Shown here: positions 8,985-22,700 of the stretch, in pieces
Numbering within the stretch: the stretch's first letter is position 1
Layout of the letters: every line of letters starts with the position of its first letter
Assembly: GCA_964057225.1 (NCBI GenBank)
Contig: OZ059897.1
Coordinates: 7,564,001-7,628,000 of the forward strand
DNA from: Auanema rhodensis
Lineage: Eukaryota; Animalia; Nematoda
Length of the DNA: 64,000 nucleotides
Reading direction: 5' to 3'
Position numbers and translations under genes: made by a program
The notes under the pieces: generated by a model
Told to the model about the DNA's origin: nothing
The model's input: only the letters and a program-made list of their open reading frames with translations
Databases searched by the model: none

Positions 8985-9676
8985 CTCATGAGATATTATT
9001 GTAAATTGTTTTGTAATAACTTTCTTTAAAGTAATACTAGAACACAAATTTTGTAACGACTCCTCTAAAACAAGTCACTCTTAAGTCAAAAAGTAAACTA
9101 GAGCATAATGAACACGGGAAATGTGAGAAGATAATTCTTTTATCATATAGTTCGAACCTTCCTAATTTCAACTAACTTCCCCATACTAGATGAGATGAAA
9201 AATGAAAGACATAGTTTGCAACAATATCTGAGCAACAGTCTTCACTTGAGTAATCAATGACTCAATTTGGAAGTTATTTGGTATTACGCAAAACTTTTCT
9301 TTTTTTTTCTAAACTCACACAAATTGAAACAAACAACCGAGCTCTAGCAAAAAAAAATAGTTAACTTTTTATCTACACTTGTTGGAGCGCTATGCTTAAA
9401 AACTTTTTTTTTTATTTTATAAGCACGTTCGCCAATAAAACATAGTCTAGTATTCGTTAAAGAGGGTTAAAACTTTCATAATTTGGTTAAAAAATTTTTT
9501 TAATTCTTTTCAGATACTGATGTTTTATATTGTATTATGTTCATATTATAAGAATTTTACGTAAAATATTGTATTGTAACATGTACTTTAATACACACAT
9601 TAACCCTTCTGCTACAGTTAATCAAGTCAAAACTTTTGATTGTCGCGAGGACGCGACATAAACTCGAAAAAGGGCA

Positions 9677-10034
9677 CGTTCCATTCGGATGATCAATGCA
9701 TTACATTCATATGACGAAGCTGTAGCAGGCGGGTTAGAGTCAGAGAATGCGAGACTGAGAGAAGACGACCCGCCCTTTTCCATATTACAACACTTCAGCT
9801 TTGCCTCAGGGACGATCATGGATGGTTGGTCGTTCTCTCTCTGTTCTCTATTAGTTTAACCTTTACTTAGTTATATGTATCTTATTGTAATCACGTAGAT
9901 ATAATAAACCAATCTTTCTCGAGTCTTATGTTTATCCTTATGCTCCATGTTTAACCGCTACATCTGGAATACTACCACGCTCATCTTGTAGACTCCATTG
10001 GTCTGTAAGATCGACGCGGGAGCATAACGGAACG
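9677..10034 (+). repeat. E1 3' LTR (358 bp), termini CGTTCCATT...AACGGAACG
   Basis: Follows PPT + CA; both ends match the E2 5' LTR ends; terminal inverted repeat 8/9; AATAAA at 9903-9908. Confidence 0.9.
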
Positions 10035-10039
10035 ATGTA

Positions 10040-10112
10040 GCCTCGTTAGCTCAGCTGGTAAAGCGTTAGACTTTTAATCTAACGGTCAGGGGTTCGAGCC
10101 CCCTACATGGCT
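10040..10112 (+). pseudogene. Damaged first tRNA-Lys(UUU) copy
   Basis: D-stem GAGC>AAGC and 3' acceptor strand ACGGGGC>ACATGGC break pairing. Confidence 0.7.
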
Positions 10113-10298
10113 AATTTTTTTCATTCTATCTGTCCCGAACATGTAAAACTTAATTTTCTTACCTTGTTTAAACTTTTATTTATTCCAGAATCTTGAATTT
10201 TTCTTCAAATATAGATCTTTTTGAATTAAATTTAGAAGTAAATATACTATTCTATGAGTAAGTACTTCATTATTTTTATGAAATGGTGACGATATGTA

Positions 10299-10371
10299 GC
10301 CTCGTTAGCTCAGCTGGTAGAGCGTTAGACTTTTAATCTAACGGTCAGGGGTTCGAGCCCCCTACGGGGCT
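10299..10371 (+). tRNA. trnK-UUU: tRNA-Lys(UUU), consensus copy (representative of the large majority of copies)
   Basis: GCCTCGT/ACGGGGC acceptor; GCTC/GAGC D-stem; TTAGA-CTTTTAA-TCTAA anticodon arm; AGGGG-TTCGAGC-CCCCT T arm; U73; intact A and B boxes; no intron; no encoded CCA. Confidence 0.97.
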
Positions 10372-10373
10372 AA

Positions 10374-10379
10374 TTTTTT
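10374..10379 (+). terminator. RNA polymerase III oligo-T terminator (present after almost every copy)
   Basis: AA followed by T5-T7 directly after the discriminator base. Confidence 0.85.
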
Positions 10380-13300
10380 ACATTCTATCTGTCCCGAACA
10401 TGTAAAACTTAATTTTCTTACCTTGTTTGAACTTTTATTTATTCCAGAATCTTGAATTTTTCTTCAAATATAGATCTTTTTGAATTGAATTTAGAAGTAA
10501 ATATACTATTCTATGAGTAAGTACTTCATTATTTTTATGAAATGGTGACGATATGTAGCCTCGTTAGCTCAGCTGGTAGAGCGTTAGACTTTTAATCTAA
10601 CGGTCAGGGGTTCGAGCCCCCTACGGGGCTAATTTTTTTCATTCTATCTGTCCCGAAAATGTAAAACTTAATTTTCTTACCGTGTTCAAACTTTTATTTA
10701 TTCCAGAATCTTGAATTTTTCTTCAAATATAGATCTTTTTGAATTAAATTTAGAAGTAAATATAATATTGTATGAGGAAGTACTTCATTATTTTTATGAA
10801 ATGGTGACGATATGTAGCCTCGTTAGCTCAGCTGGTAGAGCGTTAGACTTTTAATCTAACGGTCAGGGGTTCGAGCCCCCTACGGGGCTAATTTTATTCA
10901 TTCTATCTGTCCCGAACATGTAAAACTTAATTTTCTTACCGTGTTCAAACTTTTATTTATTCCAGAATTTTGAATTTTTCTTCAAATATAGATCTTTTTG
11001 AATTAAATTTAGAAGTAAATATAATATTGTATGAGGAAGTACTTCATTATTTTTATGAAATGGTGACGATATGTAGCCTCTTTAGCTCAGCTGGTAGAGC
11101 GTTAGACTTTTAATCTAACGGTCAGGGGTTCGAGCCCCCTACGGGGCTAATTTTTTACATTCTATCTGTCCCGAACATGTAAAACTTAATTTTCTTACCT
11201 TGTTTGAACTTTTATTTATTCCAGAATCTTGAATTTTTCTTCAAATATAGATCTTTTTGAATTGAATTTAGAAGTAAATATACTATTCTATGAGTAAGTA
11301 CTTCATTATTTTTATGAAATGGTGACAATATGTAGCCTCGTTAGCTCAGCTGGTAGAGCGTTAGACTTTTAATCTAACGGTCAGGGGTTCGAGCCCCCTA
11401 CGGGGCTAATTTTTTTCATTCTATCTGTCCCGAACATGTAAAACTTAATTTTCTTACCTTGTTTAAACTTTCATTTATTCCAGAATCTTGAATTTTTCTT
11501 CAGATATAGATCTTTTTGAATTAAATTTAGAAGTAAATATACTATTCTATGAGTAAGTACTTCATTATTTTTATGAAATGGTGACGATATGTAGCCTCGT
11601 TAGCTCAGCTGGTAGAGCGTTAGACTTTTAATCTAACGGTCAGGGGTTCGAGCCCCCCACGGGGCTAATTTTTTACATTCTATCTGTCCCGAACATGTAA
11701 AACTTAATTTTCTTACCTTGTTTAAACTTTTATTTATTCCAGAATCTTGAATTTTTCTTCAAATATAGATCTTTTTGAATTAAATTTAGAACTAAATATA
11801 CTATTCTATGAGTAGGTACTTCATTAATTTTATGAAATGGTGACGATATGTGGCCTCGTTAGCTCAGCTGGTAGAGCGTTAGACTTTTAATCTAACGGTC
11901 AGGGGTTCGAGCCCCCTACGGGGCTAATTTGTCACATTCTATCGGTCCCGAACATGTAAAACTTAATTTTCTTACATTGTTTAAACTTTTATTTATTCCA
12001 GAATCTTGAATTTTTCTTCAAATATAGATCTTTTTGAATTAAATTTAGAAGTAAATATACTATTCTATGAGTAAGTACTTCATTATTTTTATGAAATGGT
12101 GACGATATGTAGCCTCGTTAGCTCAGCTGGTAGAGCGTTAGACTTTTAATCTAACGGTCAGGGGTTCGAGCCCCCTACGGGGCTAATTTTTTACATTCTA
12201 TCTGTCCCGAACATGTAAAACTTAATTTTCTTACCTTGTTTGAACTTTTATTTATTCCAGAATCTTGAATTTTTCTTCAAATATAGATCTTTTTGAATTG
12301 AATTTAGAAGTAAATATACGATTCTATGAGTAAGTACTTCATTATTTTTATGAAATGGTGACGATATGTAGCCTCGTTAGCTCAGCTGGTAGAGCGTTAG
12401 ACTTTTAATCTAACGGTTAGGGGTTCGAGCCCCCTACGGGGCTAATTTTTTTCATTCTATCTGTCCCGAACATGTAAAACTTAATTTTCTTACCTTGTTT
12501 AAACTTTCATTTATTCCAGAATCTTGAATTTTTCTTCAAATATAGATCTTTTTGAATTAAATTTAGAAGTAAATATACTATTCTATGAGTAAGTACTTCA
12601 TTATTTTTATGAAATGGTGACGATATGTAGCCTCGTTAGCTCAGCTGGTAGAGCGTTAGACTTTTAATCTAACGGTCAGGGGTTCGAGCCCCCCACGGGG
12701 CTAATTTTTTACATTCTATCTGTCCCGAACATGTAAAACTTAATTTTCTTACCTTGTTTAAACTTTTATTTATTCCAGAATCTTGAATTTTTCTTCAAAT
12801 ATAGATCTTTTTGAATTAAATTTAGAACTAAATATGCTATTCTATGAGTAGGTACTACATTAATTTTATGAAGTTAAGAGGATGTGTGGCCTCGTTAGCT
12901 CAGCTGGTAGAGCGTTAGACTTTTAATCTAACGGTCAGGGGTTCGAGCCCCCTACGGGGCTAATTTTTTACATTCTATCTGTCCCGAACATGTAAAACTT
13001 AATTTTCTTACCTTGTTTAAACTTTTATTTATTCCAGAATCTTGAATTTTTCTTCAAATATAGATCTTTTTGAATTAAATTTAGAAGTAAATATACTATT
13101 GTATGAGTAGGTACTTCATTATTTTTATGAAATGGCGACGATATGTAGCCTCGTTTGCTCAGCTGGTAGAGCGTTAGACTTTTAATCTAACGGTCAGGGG
13201 TTCGAGCCCCCTACGGGGCTAATTTTTAACATTCTATCTGTTCCGAACATGTAAAACTTTATTTTCTTACCTTGTTTAAACTTTTATTTATTCCAGAATC

Positions 13301-13665
13301 TTGAATTTTTCTTCAAATATAGATCTTTTTGAATTAAATTTAGAAGTAAATATACTATTGTATGAGTAGGTACTTCATTGTTTTTATGAAATGGCGACGA
13401 TATGTAGCCTCGTTAGCTCAGCTGGTAGAGCGTTAGACTTTTAATCTAACGGTCAGGGGTTCGAGCCCCCTACGGGGCTAATTTTTTACATTCTATCTGT
13501 TCCGAACATGTAAAACTTTATTTTCTTACCTTGTTTAAACTTTTATTTATTCCAGAATCTTGAATTTTTCTTCAAATATAGATCTTTTTGAATTAAATTT
13601 AGAAGTAAATATACTATTGTATGAGTAGGTACTTCATTATTTTTATGAAATGGCGACGATATGTA

Positions 13666-13738
13666 GCCTCGTTAGCTCAGCTGGTAAAGCGTTAGACTTT
13701 TAATATAACGGTCAGGGGTTCGAGCCCCCTACGGGGCT
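13666..13738 (+). pseudogene. tRNA-Lys variant with D-stem and anticodon-stem mismatches
   Basis: GGTAAAGC instead of GGTAGAGC, and TATAA instead of TCTAA. Confidence 0.6.
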
Positions 13739-16700
13739 AATTTTTTACATTCTATCTGTCCCGAACATGTAAAACTTTATTTTCTTACCTTGTTTGAACT
13801 TTCATTTATTCCAGAATCTTGAATTTTTCTTCAAATATAGATCTTTTTGAATTAAATTTAGAAGTAAATATACTATTGTATGAGTAGGTACTTCATTATT
13901 TTTATGAAATGGCGACGATATGTAGCCTCGTTAGCTCAGCTGGTAGAGCGTTAGACTTTTAATCTAACGGTCAGGGGTTCGAGCCCCCTACGGGGCTAAT
14001 TTTTAACATTCTATCTGTTCCGAACATGTAAAACTTTATATTCTTACCTTGTTTAAACTTTTATTTATTCCAGAATCTTGAATTTTTCTTCAAATATAGA
14101 TCTTTTTGAATTAAATTTAGAAATAAATATACTATTGTATGAGTAGGTACTTCATTATTTTTATGAAATGGCGACGATATGTAGCCTCGTTAGCTCAGCT
14201 GGTAGAGCGTTAGACTTTTAATCTAACGGTCAGGGGTTCGAGCCCCCTACGGGGCTAATTTTTTACATTCTATCTGTCCCGAACATGTAAAACTTTATTT
14301 TCTTACCTTGTTTGAACTTTCATTTATTCCAGAATCTTGAATTTTTCTTCAAATATAGATCTTTTTGAATTAAATTTAGAAGTAAATATACTATTGTATG
14401 AGTAGGTACTTCATTATTTTTATGAAATGGCGACGATATGTAGCCTCGTTAGCTCAGCTGGTAGAGCGTTAGACTTTTAATCTAACGGTCAGGGGTTCGA
14501 GCCCCCTACGGGGCTAATTTTTTACATTCTATCTGTCCCGAACATGTAAAACTTTATTTTCTTACCTTGTTTGAACTTTCATTTATTCCAGAATCTTGAA
14601 TTTTTCTTCAAATATAGATCTTTTTGAATTAAATTTAGAAGTAAATATACTATTGTATGAGTAGGTACTTCATTATTTTTATGAAATGGCGACGATATGT
14701 AGCCTCGTTAGCTCAGCTGGTAGAGCGTTAGACTTTTAATCTAACGGTCAGGGGTTCGAGCCCCCTACGGGGCTAATTTTTTACATTCTATCTGTTCCGA
14801 ACATGTAAAACTTTATTTTCTTACCTTGTTTAAACTTTTATTTATTCCAGAATCTTGAATTTTTCTTCAAATATAGATCTTTTTGAATTAAATTTAGAAG
14901 TAAATATACTATTGTATGAGTAGGTACTTCATTATTTTTATGAAATGGCGACGATATGTAGCCTCGTTAGCTCAGCTGGTAGAGCGTTAGACTTTTAATC
15001 TAACGGTCAGGGGTTCGAGCCCCCTACGGGGCTAATTTTTTACATTCTATCTGTCCCGAACATGTAAAACTTTATTTTCTTACCTTGTTTGAACTTTCAT
15101 TTATTCCAGAATCTTGAATTTTTCTTCAAATATAGATCTTTTTGAATTAAATTTAAAAGTAAATATACTATTCTATGAGTAGGTACTTCATTATTTTTAT
15201 GAAATGGCGACGATATGTAGCCTCGTTAGCTCAGCTGGTAGAGCGTTAGACTTTTAATCTAACGGTCAGGGGTTCGAGCCCCCTACGGGGCTAATTTTTA
15301 ACATTCTATCTGTTCCGAACATGTAAAACTTAATTTTCTTACCTTGTTTGAACTTTCATTTATTCCAGAATCTTGAATTTTTCTTCAAATATAGATCTTT
15401 TTGAATTAAATTTAAAAGTAAATATACTATTCTATGAGTAGGTACTTCATTAATTTTATGAAGTTAGGAGGATGTGTAGCCTCGTTAGCTCAGCTGGTAG
15501 AGCGTTAGACTTTTAATCTAACGGTCAGGGGTTCGAGCCCCCTACGGGGCTAATTTTTTACATTCTATCTGTCCCGAACATGTAAAACTTAATTTTCTTA
15601 CCTTGTTTAAACTTTCATTTATTCCAGAATCTTGAATTTTTCTTCAAATATAGATCTTTTTGAATTAAATTTAAAAGTAAATATACTATTCTATGAGTAG
15701 GTACTTCATTATTTTTATGAAATGGCGACGATATGTAGCCTCGTTAGCTCAGCTGGTAGAGCGTTAGACTTTTAATCTAACGGTCAGGGGTTCGAGCCCC
15801 CTACGGGGCTAATTTTTTACATTCTATCTGTCCCGAACATGTAAAACTTTATTTTCTTACCTTGTTTGAACTTTCATTTATTCCAGAATCTTGAATTTTT
15901 CTTCAAATATAGATCTTTTTGAATTAAATTTAAAAGTAAATATACTATTCTATGAGTAGGTACTTCATTAATTTTATGAAGTTAGGAGGATGTGTAGCCT
16001 CGTTAGCTCAGCTGGTAGAGCGTTAGACTTTTAATCTAACGGTCAGGGGTTCGAGACCCCTACGGGGCTAATTTTTTACATTCTATCTGTCCCGAACATG
16101 TAAAACTTAATTTTCTTACCTTGTTTAAACTTTTATTTATTCCAGAATCTTGAATTTTTCTTCAAATATAGATCTTTTTGAATTAAATTTAGAAGTAAAT
16201 ATACTATTCTATGAGTAAGTACTTCATTATTTTTATGAAATGGTGACGATATGTAGCCTCGTTAGCTCAGCTGGTAGAGCGTTAGACTTTTAATCTAACG
16301 GTCAGGGGTTCGAGCCCCCTACGGGGCTAATTTTTTACATTCTATCTGTCCCGAACATGTAAAACTTAATTTTCTTACCTTGTTTAAACTTTCATTTATT
16401 CCAGAATCTTGAATTTTTCTTCAAATATAGATCTTTTTGAATTAAATTTAGAAGTAAATATAATATTGTATGAGTAAGTACTTCATTATTTTTATGAAAT
16501 GGTGACGATATGTAGCCTCGTTAGCTCAGCTGGTAGAGCGTTAGACTTTTAATCTAACGGTCAGGGGTTCGAGCCCCCTACGGGGCTAATTTTTTACATT
16601 CTATCTGTTCCGAACATGTAAAACTTTATATTCTTACCTTGTTTAAACTTTTATTTATTCCAGAATCTTGAATTTTTCTTCAAATATAGATCTTTTTGAA

Positions 16701-19700
16701 TTAAATTTAGAAATAAATATACTATTGTATGAGTAGGTACTTCATTATTTTTATGAAATGGCGACGATATGTAGCCTCGTTAGCTCAGCTGGTAGAGCGT
16801 TAGACTTTTAATCTAACGGTCAGGGGTTCGAGCCCCCTACGGGGCTAATTTTTTACATTCTATCTGTCCCGAACATGTAAAACTTTATTTTCTTACCTTG
16901 TTTGAACTTTCATTTATTCCAGAATCTTGAATTTTTCTTCAAATATAGATCTTTTTGAATTAAATTTAGAAGTAAATATACTATTGTATGAGTAGGTACT
17001 TCATTATTTTTATGAAATGGCGACGATATGTAGCCTCGTTAGCTCAGCTGGTAGAGCGTTAGACTTTTAATCTAACGGTCAGGGGTTCGAGCCCCCTACG
17101 GGGCTAATTTTTTACATTCTATCTGTCCCGAACATGTAAAACTTTATTTTCTTACCTTGTTTGAACTTTCATTTATTCCAGAATCTTGAATTTTTCTTCA
17201 AATATAGATCTTTTTGAATTAAATTTAGAAGTAAATATACTATTGTATGAGTAGGTACTTCATTATTTTTATGAAATGGCGACGATATGTAGCCTCGTTA
17301 GCTCAGCTGGTAGAGCGTTAGACTTTTAATCTAACGGTCAGGGGTTCGAGCCCCCTACGGGGCTAATTTTTTACATTCTATCTGTTCCGAACATGTAAAA
17401 CTTTATTTTCTTACCTTGTTTAAACTTTTATTTATTCCAGAATCTTGAATTTTTCTTCAAATATAGATCTTTTTGAATTAAATTTAGAAGTAAATATACT
17501 ATTGTATGAGTAGGTACTTCATTATTTTTATGAAATGGCGACGATATGTAGCCTCGTTAGCTCAGCTGGTAGAGCGTTAGACTTTTAATCTAACGGTCAG
17601 GGGTTCGAGCCCCCTACGGGGCTAATTTTTTACATTCTATCTGTCCCGAACATGTAAAACTTTATTTTCTTACCTTGTTTGAACTTTCATTTATTCCAGA
17701 ATCTTGAATTTTTCTTCAAATATAGATCTTTTTGAATTAAATTTAAAAGTAAATATACTATTCTATGAGTAGGTACTTCATTATTTTTATGAAATGGCGA
17801 CGATATGTAGCCTCGTTAGCTCAGCTGGTAGAGCGTTAGACTTTTAATCTAACGGTCAGGGGTTCGAGCCCCCTACGGGGCTAATTTTTAACATTCTATC
17901 TGTTCCGAACATGTAAAACTTAATTTTCTTACCTTGTTTGAACTTTCATTTATTCCAGAATCTTGAATTTTTCTTCAAATATAGATCTTTTTGAATTAAA
18001 TTTAAAAGTAAATATACTATTCTATGAGTAGGTACTTCATTAATTTTATGAAGTTAGGAGGATGTGTAGCCTCGTTAGCTCAGCTGGTAGAGCGTTAGAC
18101 TTTTAATCTAACGGTCAGGGGTTCGAGCCCCCTACGGGGCTAATTTTTTACATTCTATCTGTCCCGAACATGTAAAACTTAATTTTCTTACCTTGTTTAA
18201 ACTTTTATTTATTCCAGAATCTTGAATTTTTCTTCAAATATAGATCTTTTTGAATTAAATTTAGAAGTAAATATACTATTCTATGAGTAAGTACTTCATT
18301 ATTTTTATGAAATGGTGACGATATGTAGCCTCGTTAGCTCAGCTGGTAGAGCGTTAGACTTTTAATCTAACGGTCAGGGGTTCGAGCCCCCTACGGGGCT
18401 AATTTTTTACATTCTATCTGTCCCGAACATGTAAAACTTAATTTTCTTACCTTGTTTAAACTTTTATTTATTCCAGAATCTTGAATTTTTCTTCAAATAT
18501 AGATCTTTTTGAATTAAATTTAGAAGTAAATATAATATTGTATGAGTAAGTACTTCATTATTTTTATGAAATGGTGACGATATGTAGCCTCGTTAGCTCA
18601 GCTGGTAGAGCGTTAGACTTTTAATCTAACGGTCAGGGGTTCGAGCCCCCTACGGGGCTAATTTTTTACATTCTATCTGTCCCGAACATGTAAAACTTAA
18701 TTTTCTTACCTTGTTTAAACTTTTATTTATTCCAGAATCTTGAATTTTTCTTCAAATATAGATCTTTTTGAATTAAATTTAGAAGTAAATATACTATTCT
18801 ATGAGTAAGTACTTCATTATTTTTATGAAATGGTGACGATATGTAGCCTCGTTAGCTCAGCTGGTAGAGCGTTAGACTTTTAATCTAACGGTCAGGGGTT
18901 CGAGCCCCCTACGGGGCTAATTTTTTACATTCTATCTGTCCCGAACATGTAAAACTTAATTTTCTTACCTTGTTTAAACTTTTATTCATTCCAGAATCTT
19001 GAATTTTTCTTCAAATATAGATCTTTTTGAATTAAATTTAGAAGTAAATATACTATTCTATGAGTAAGTACTTCATTATTTTTATGAAATGGTGACGATA
19101 TGTAGCCTCGTTAGCTCAGCTGGTAGAGCGTTAGACTTTTAATCTAACGGTCAGGGGTTCGAGCCCCCTACGGGGCTAATTTTTTACATTCTATCTGTCC
19201 CGAACATGTAAAACTTAATTTTCTTACCTTGTTTAAACTTTTATTTATTCCAGAATCTTGAATTTTTCTTCAAATATAGATCTTTTTGAATTAAATTTAG
19301 AAGTAAATATACTATTGTATGAGTAGGTACTTCATTATTTTTATGAAATGGCGACGATATGTAGCCTCGTTAGCTCAGCTGGTAGAGCGTTAGACTTTTA
19401 ATCTAACGGTCAGGGGTTCGAGCCCCCTACGGGGCTAATTTTTTACATTCTATCTGTCCCGAACATGTAAAACTTTATTTTCTTACCTTGTTTGAACTTT
19501 CATTTATTCCAGAATCTTGAATTTTTCTTCAAATATAGATCTTTTTGAATTAAATTTAGAAGTAAATATACTATTCTATGAGTAAGTACTTCATTATTTT
19601 TATGAAATGGTGACGATATGTAGCCTCGTTAGCTCAGCTGGTAGAGCGTTAGACTTTTAATCTAACGGTCAGGGGTTCGAGCCCCCTACGGGGCTAATTT

Positions 19701-22700
19701 TTTACATTCTATCTGTCCCGAACATGTAAAACTTAATTTTCTTACCTTGTTTAAACTTTTATTTATTCCAGAATCTTGAATTTTTCTTCAAATATAGATC
19801 TTTTTGAATTAAATTTAGAAGTAAATATACTATTGTATGAGTAGGTACTTCATTATTTTTATGAAATGGCGACGATATGTAGCCTCGTTAGCTCAGCTGG
19901 TAGAGCGTTAGACTTTTAATCTAACGGTCAGGGGTTCGAGCCCCCTACGGGGCTAATTTTTTACATTCTATCTGTCCCGAACATGTAAAACTTTATTTTC
20001 TTACCTTGTTTGAACTTTCATTTATTCCAGAATCTTGAATTTTTCTTCAAATATAGATCTTTTTGAATTAAATTTAGAAGTAAATATACTATTGTATGAG
20101 TAGGTACTTCATTATTTTTATGAAATGGCGACGATATGTAGCCTCGTTAGCTCAGCTGGTAGAGCGTTAGACTTTTAATCTAACGGTCAGGGGTTCGAGC
20201 CCCCTACGGGGCTAATTTTTTACATTCTATCTGTTCCGAACATGTAAAACTTCATTTTCTTACCTTGTTTAAACTTTTATTTATTCCAGAATCTTGAATT
20301 TTTCTTCAAATATAGATCTTTTTGAATTAAATTTAGAAGTAAATATACTATTGTATGAGTAGGTACTTCATTATTTTTATGAAATGGCGACGATATGTAG
20401 CCTCGTTAGCTCAGCTGGTAGAGCGTTAGACTTTTAATCTAACGGTCAGGGGTTCGAGCCCCCTACGGGGCTAATTTTTTACATTCTATCTGTCCCGAAC
20501 ATGTAAAACTTAATTTTTATACCTTGTTCAAACTTTTATTTATTCCAGAATCTTGAATTTTTCTTCAAATATAGATCTTTTTGAATTAAATTTAGAAGTA
20601 AATATACTATTCTATGAGTAAGTACTTCATTATTTTTATGAAATGGTGACGATATGTAGCCTCGTTAGCTCAGCTGGTAGAGCGTTAGACTTTTAATCTA
20701 ACGGTCAGGGGTTCGAGCCCCCTACGGGGCTAATTTTTTACATTCTATCTGTCCCGAACATGTAAAACTTAATTTTCTTACCTTGTTTAAACTTTTATTT
20801 ATTCCAGAATCTTGAATTTTTCTTCAAATATAGATCTTTTTGAATTAAATTTAGAAGTAAATATAATATTGTATGAGTAAGTACTTCATTATTTTTATGA
20901 AATGGTGACGATATGTAGCCTCGTTAGCTCAGCTGGTAGAGCGTTAGACTTTTAATCTAACGGTCAGGGGTTCGAGCCCCCTACGGGGCTAATTGTTTAC
21001 ATTCTATCTGTCCCGAACATGTAAAACTTAATTTTCTTACCTTGTTTAAACTTTTATTTATTCCAGAATCTTGAATTTTTCTTCAAATATAGATCTTTTT
21101 GAATTAAATTTAGAAGTAAATATACTATTCTATGAGTAAGTACTTCATTATTTTTATGAAATGGTGACGATATGTAGCCTCGTTAGCTCAGCTGGTAGAG
21201 CGTTAGACTTTTAATCTAACGGTCAGGGGTTCGAGCCCCCTACGGGGCTAATTTTTTACATTCTATCTGTCCCGAACATGTAAAACTTAATTTTCTTACC
21301 TTGTTTAAACTTTTATTCATTCCAGAATCTTGAATTTTTCTTCAAATATAGATCTTTTTGAATTAAATTTAGAAGTAAATATACTATTGTATGAGTAGGT
21401 ACTTCATTATTTTTATGAAATGGCGACGATATGTAGCCTCGTTAGCTCAGCTGGTAGAGCGTTAGACTTTTAATCTAACGGTCAGGGGTTCGAGCCCCCT
21501 ACGGGGCTAATTTTTTACATTCTATCTGTCCCGAACATGTAAAACTTAATTTTCTTACCTTGTTTAAACTTTTATTTATTCCAGAATCTTGAATTTTTCT
21601 TCAAATATAGATCTTTTTGAATTAAATTTAGAAGTAAATATAATATTGTATGAGTAAGTACTTCATTATTTTTATGAAATGGTGACGATATGTAGCCTCG
21701 TTAGCTCAGCTGGTAGAGCGTTAGACTTTTAATCTAACGGTCAGGGGTTCGAGCCCCCTACGGGGCTAATTTTTTACATTCTATCTGTCCCGAACATGTA
21801 AAACTTAATTTTCTTACCTTGTTTAAACTTTTATTTATTCCAGAATCTTGAATTTTTCTTCAAATATAGATCTTTTTGAATTAAATTTAGAAGTAAATAT
21901 ACTATTCTATGAGTAAGTACTTCATTATTTTTATGAAATGGTGACGATATGTAGCCTCGTTAGCTCAGCTGGTAGAGCGTTAGACTTTTAATCTAACGGT
22001 CAGGGGTTCGAGCCCCCTACGGGGCTAATTTTTTACATTCTATCTGTCCCGAACATGTAAAACTTAATTTTCTTACCTTGTTTAAACTTTTATTCATTCC
22101 AGAATCTTGAATTTTTCTTCAAATATAGATCTTTTTGAATTAAATTTAGAAGTAAATATACTATTGTATGAGTAGGTACTTCATTATTTTTATGAAATGG
22201 CGACGGTATGTAGCCTAGTTAGCTCAGCTGGTAGAGCGTTAGACTTTTAATCTAACGGTCAGGGGTTCGAGCCCCCTACGGGGCTAATTTTTAACATTCT
22301 ATCTGTCCCGAACATGTAAAACTTAATTTTCTTACCTTGTTTAAACTTTTATTTATTCCAGAATCTTGAATTTTTCTTCAAATATAGATCTTTTTGAATT
22401 AAATTTAGAAGTAAATATACTATTCTATGAGTAAGTACTTCATTATTTTTATGAAATGGTGACGATATGTAGCCTCGTTAGCTCAGCTGGTAGAGCGTTA
22501 GACTTTTAATCTAACGGTCAGGGGTTCGAGCCCCCTACGGGGCTAATTTTTTACATTCTATCTGTTCCGAACATGTAAAACTTCATTTTCTTACCTTGTT
22601 TAAACTTTTATTTATTCCAGAATCTTGAATTTTTCTTCAAATATAGATCTTTTTGAATTAAATTTAGAAGTAAATATACTATTCTATGAGTAAGTACTTC

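Larger units (their letters stand above)
1..10034 (+). mobile_element. E1: Ty3/gypsy (Metaviridae)-type LTR retroelement with internal env; 5' LTR and PBS lie outside the window
   Basis: Single 8.7-kb ORF with PR-RT-RH-IN in gypsy order; ~690-nt 3' UTR; PPT GAAAAAGGG (9666-9674); 3' LTR 9677-10034, homologous to the two E2 LTRs; abuts the first tRNA copy. Confidence 0.95.

Noticed and set aside
9721-10034. Canonical TG start of the E1 LTR at TGTAGCAGG (9721)
   Set aside because: E2 LTR-LTR identity, the PPT position and the terminal inverted repeat all place the start at CGTTCC (9677).
10329-10337. Internal TTTT in the anticodon loop as evidence that all copies are non-functional
   Set aside because: CTTTTAA is inherent to every tRNA-Lys(UUU) gene and is normally read through by Pol III.
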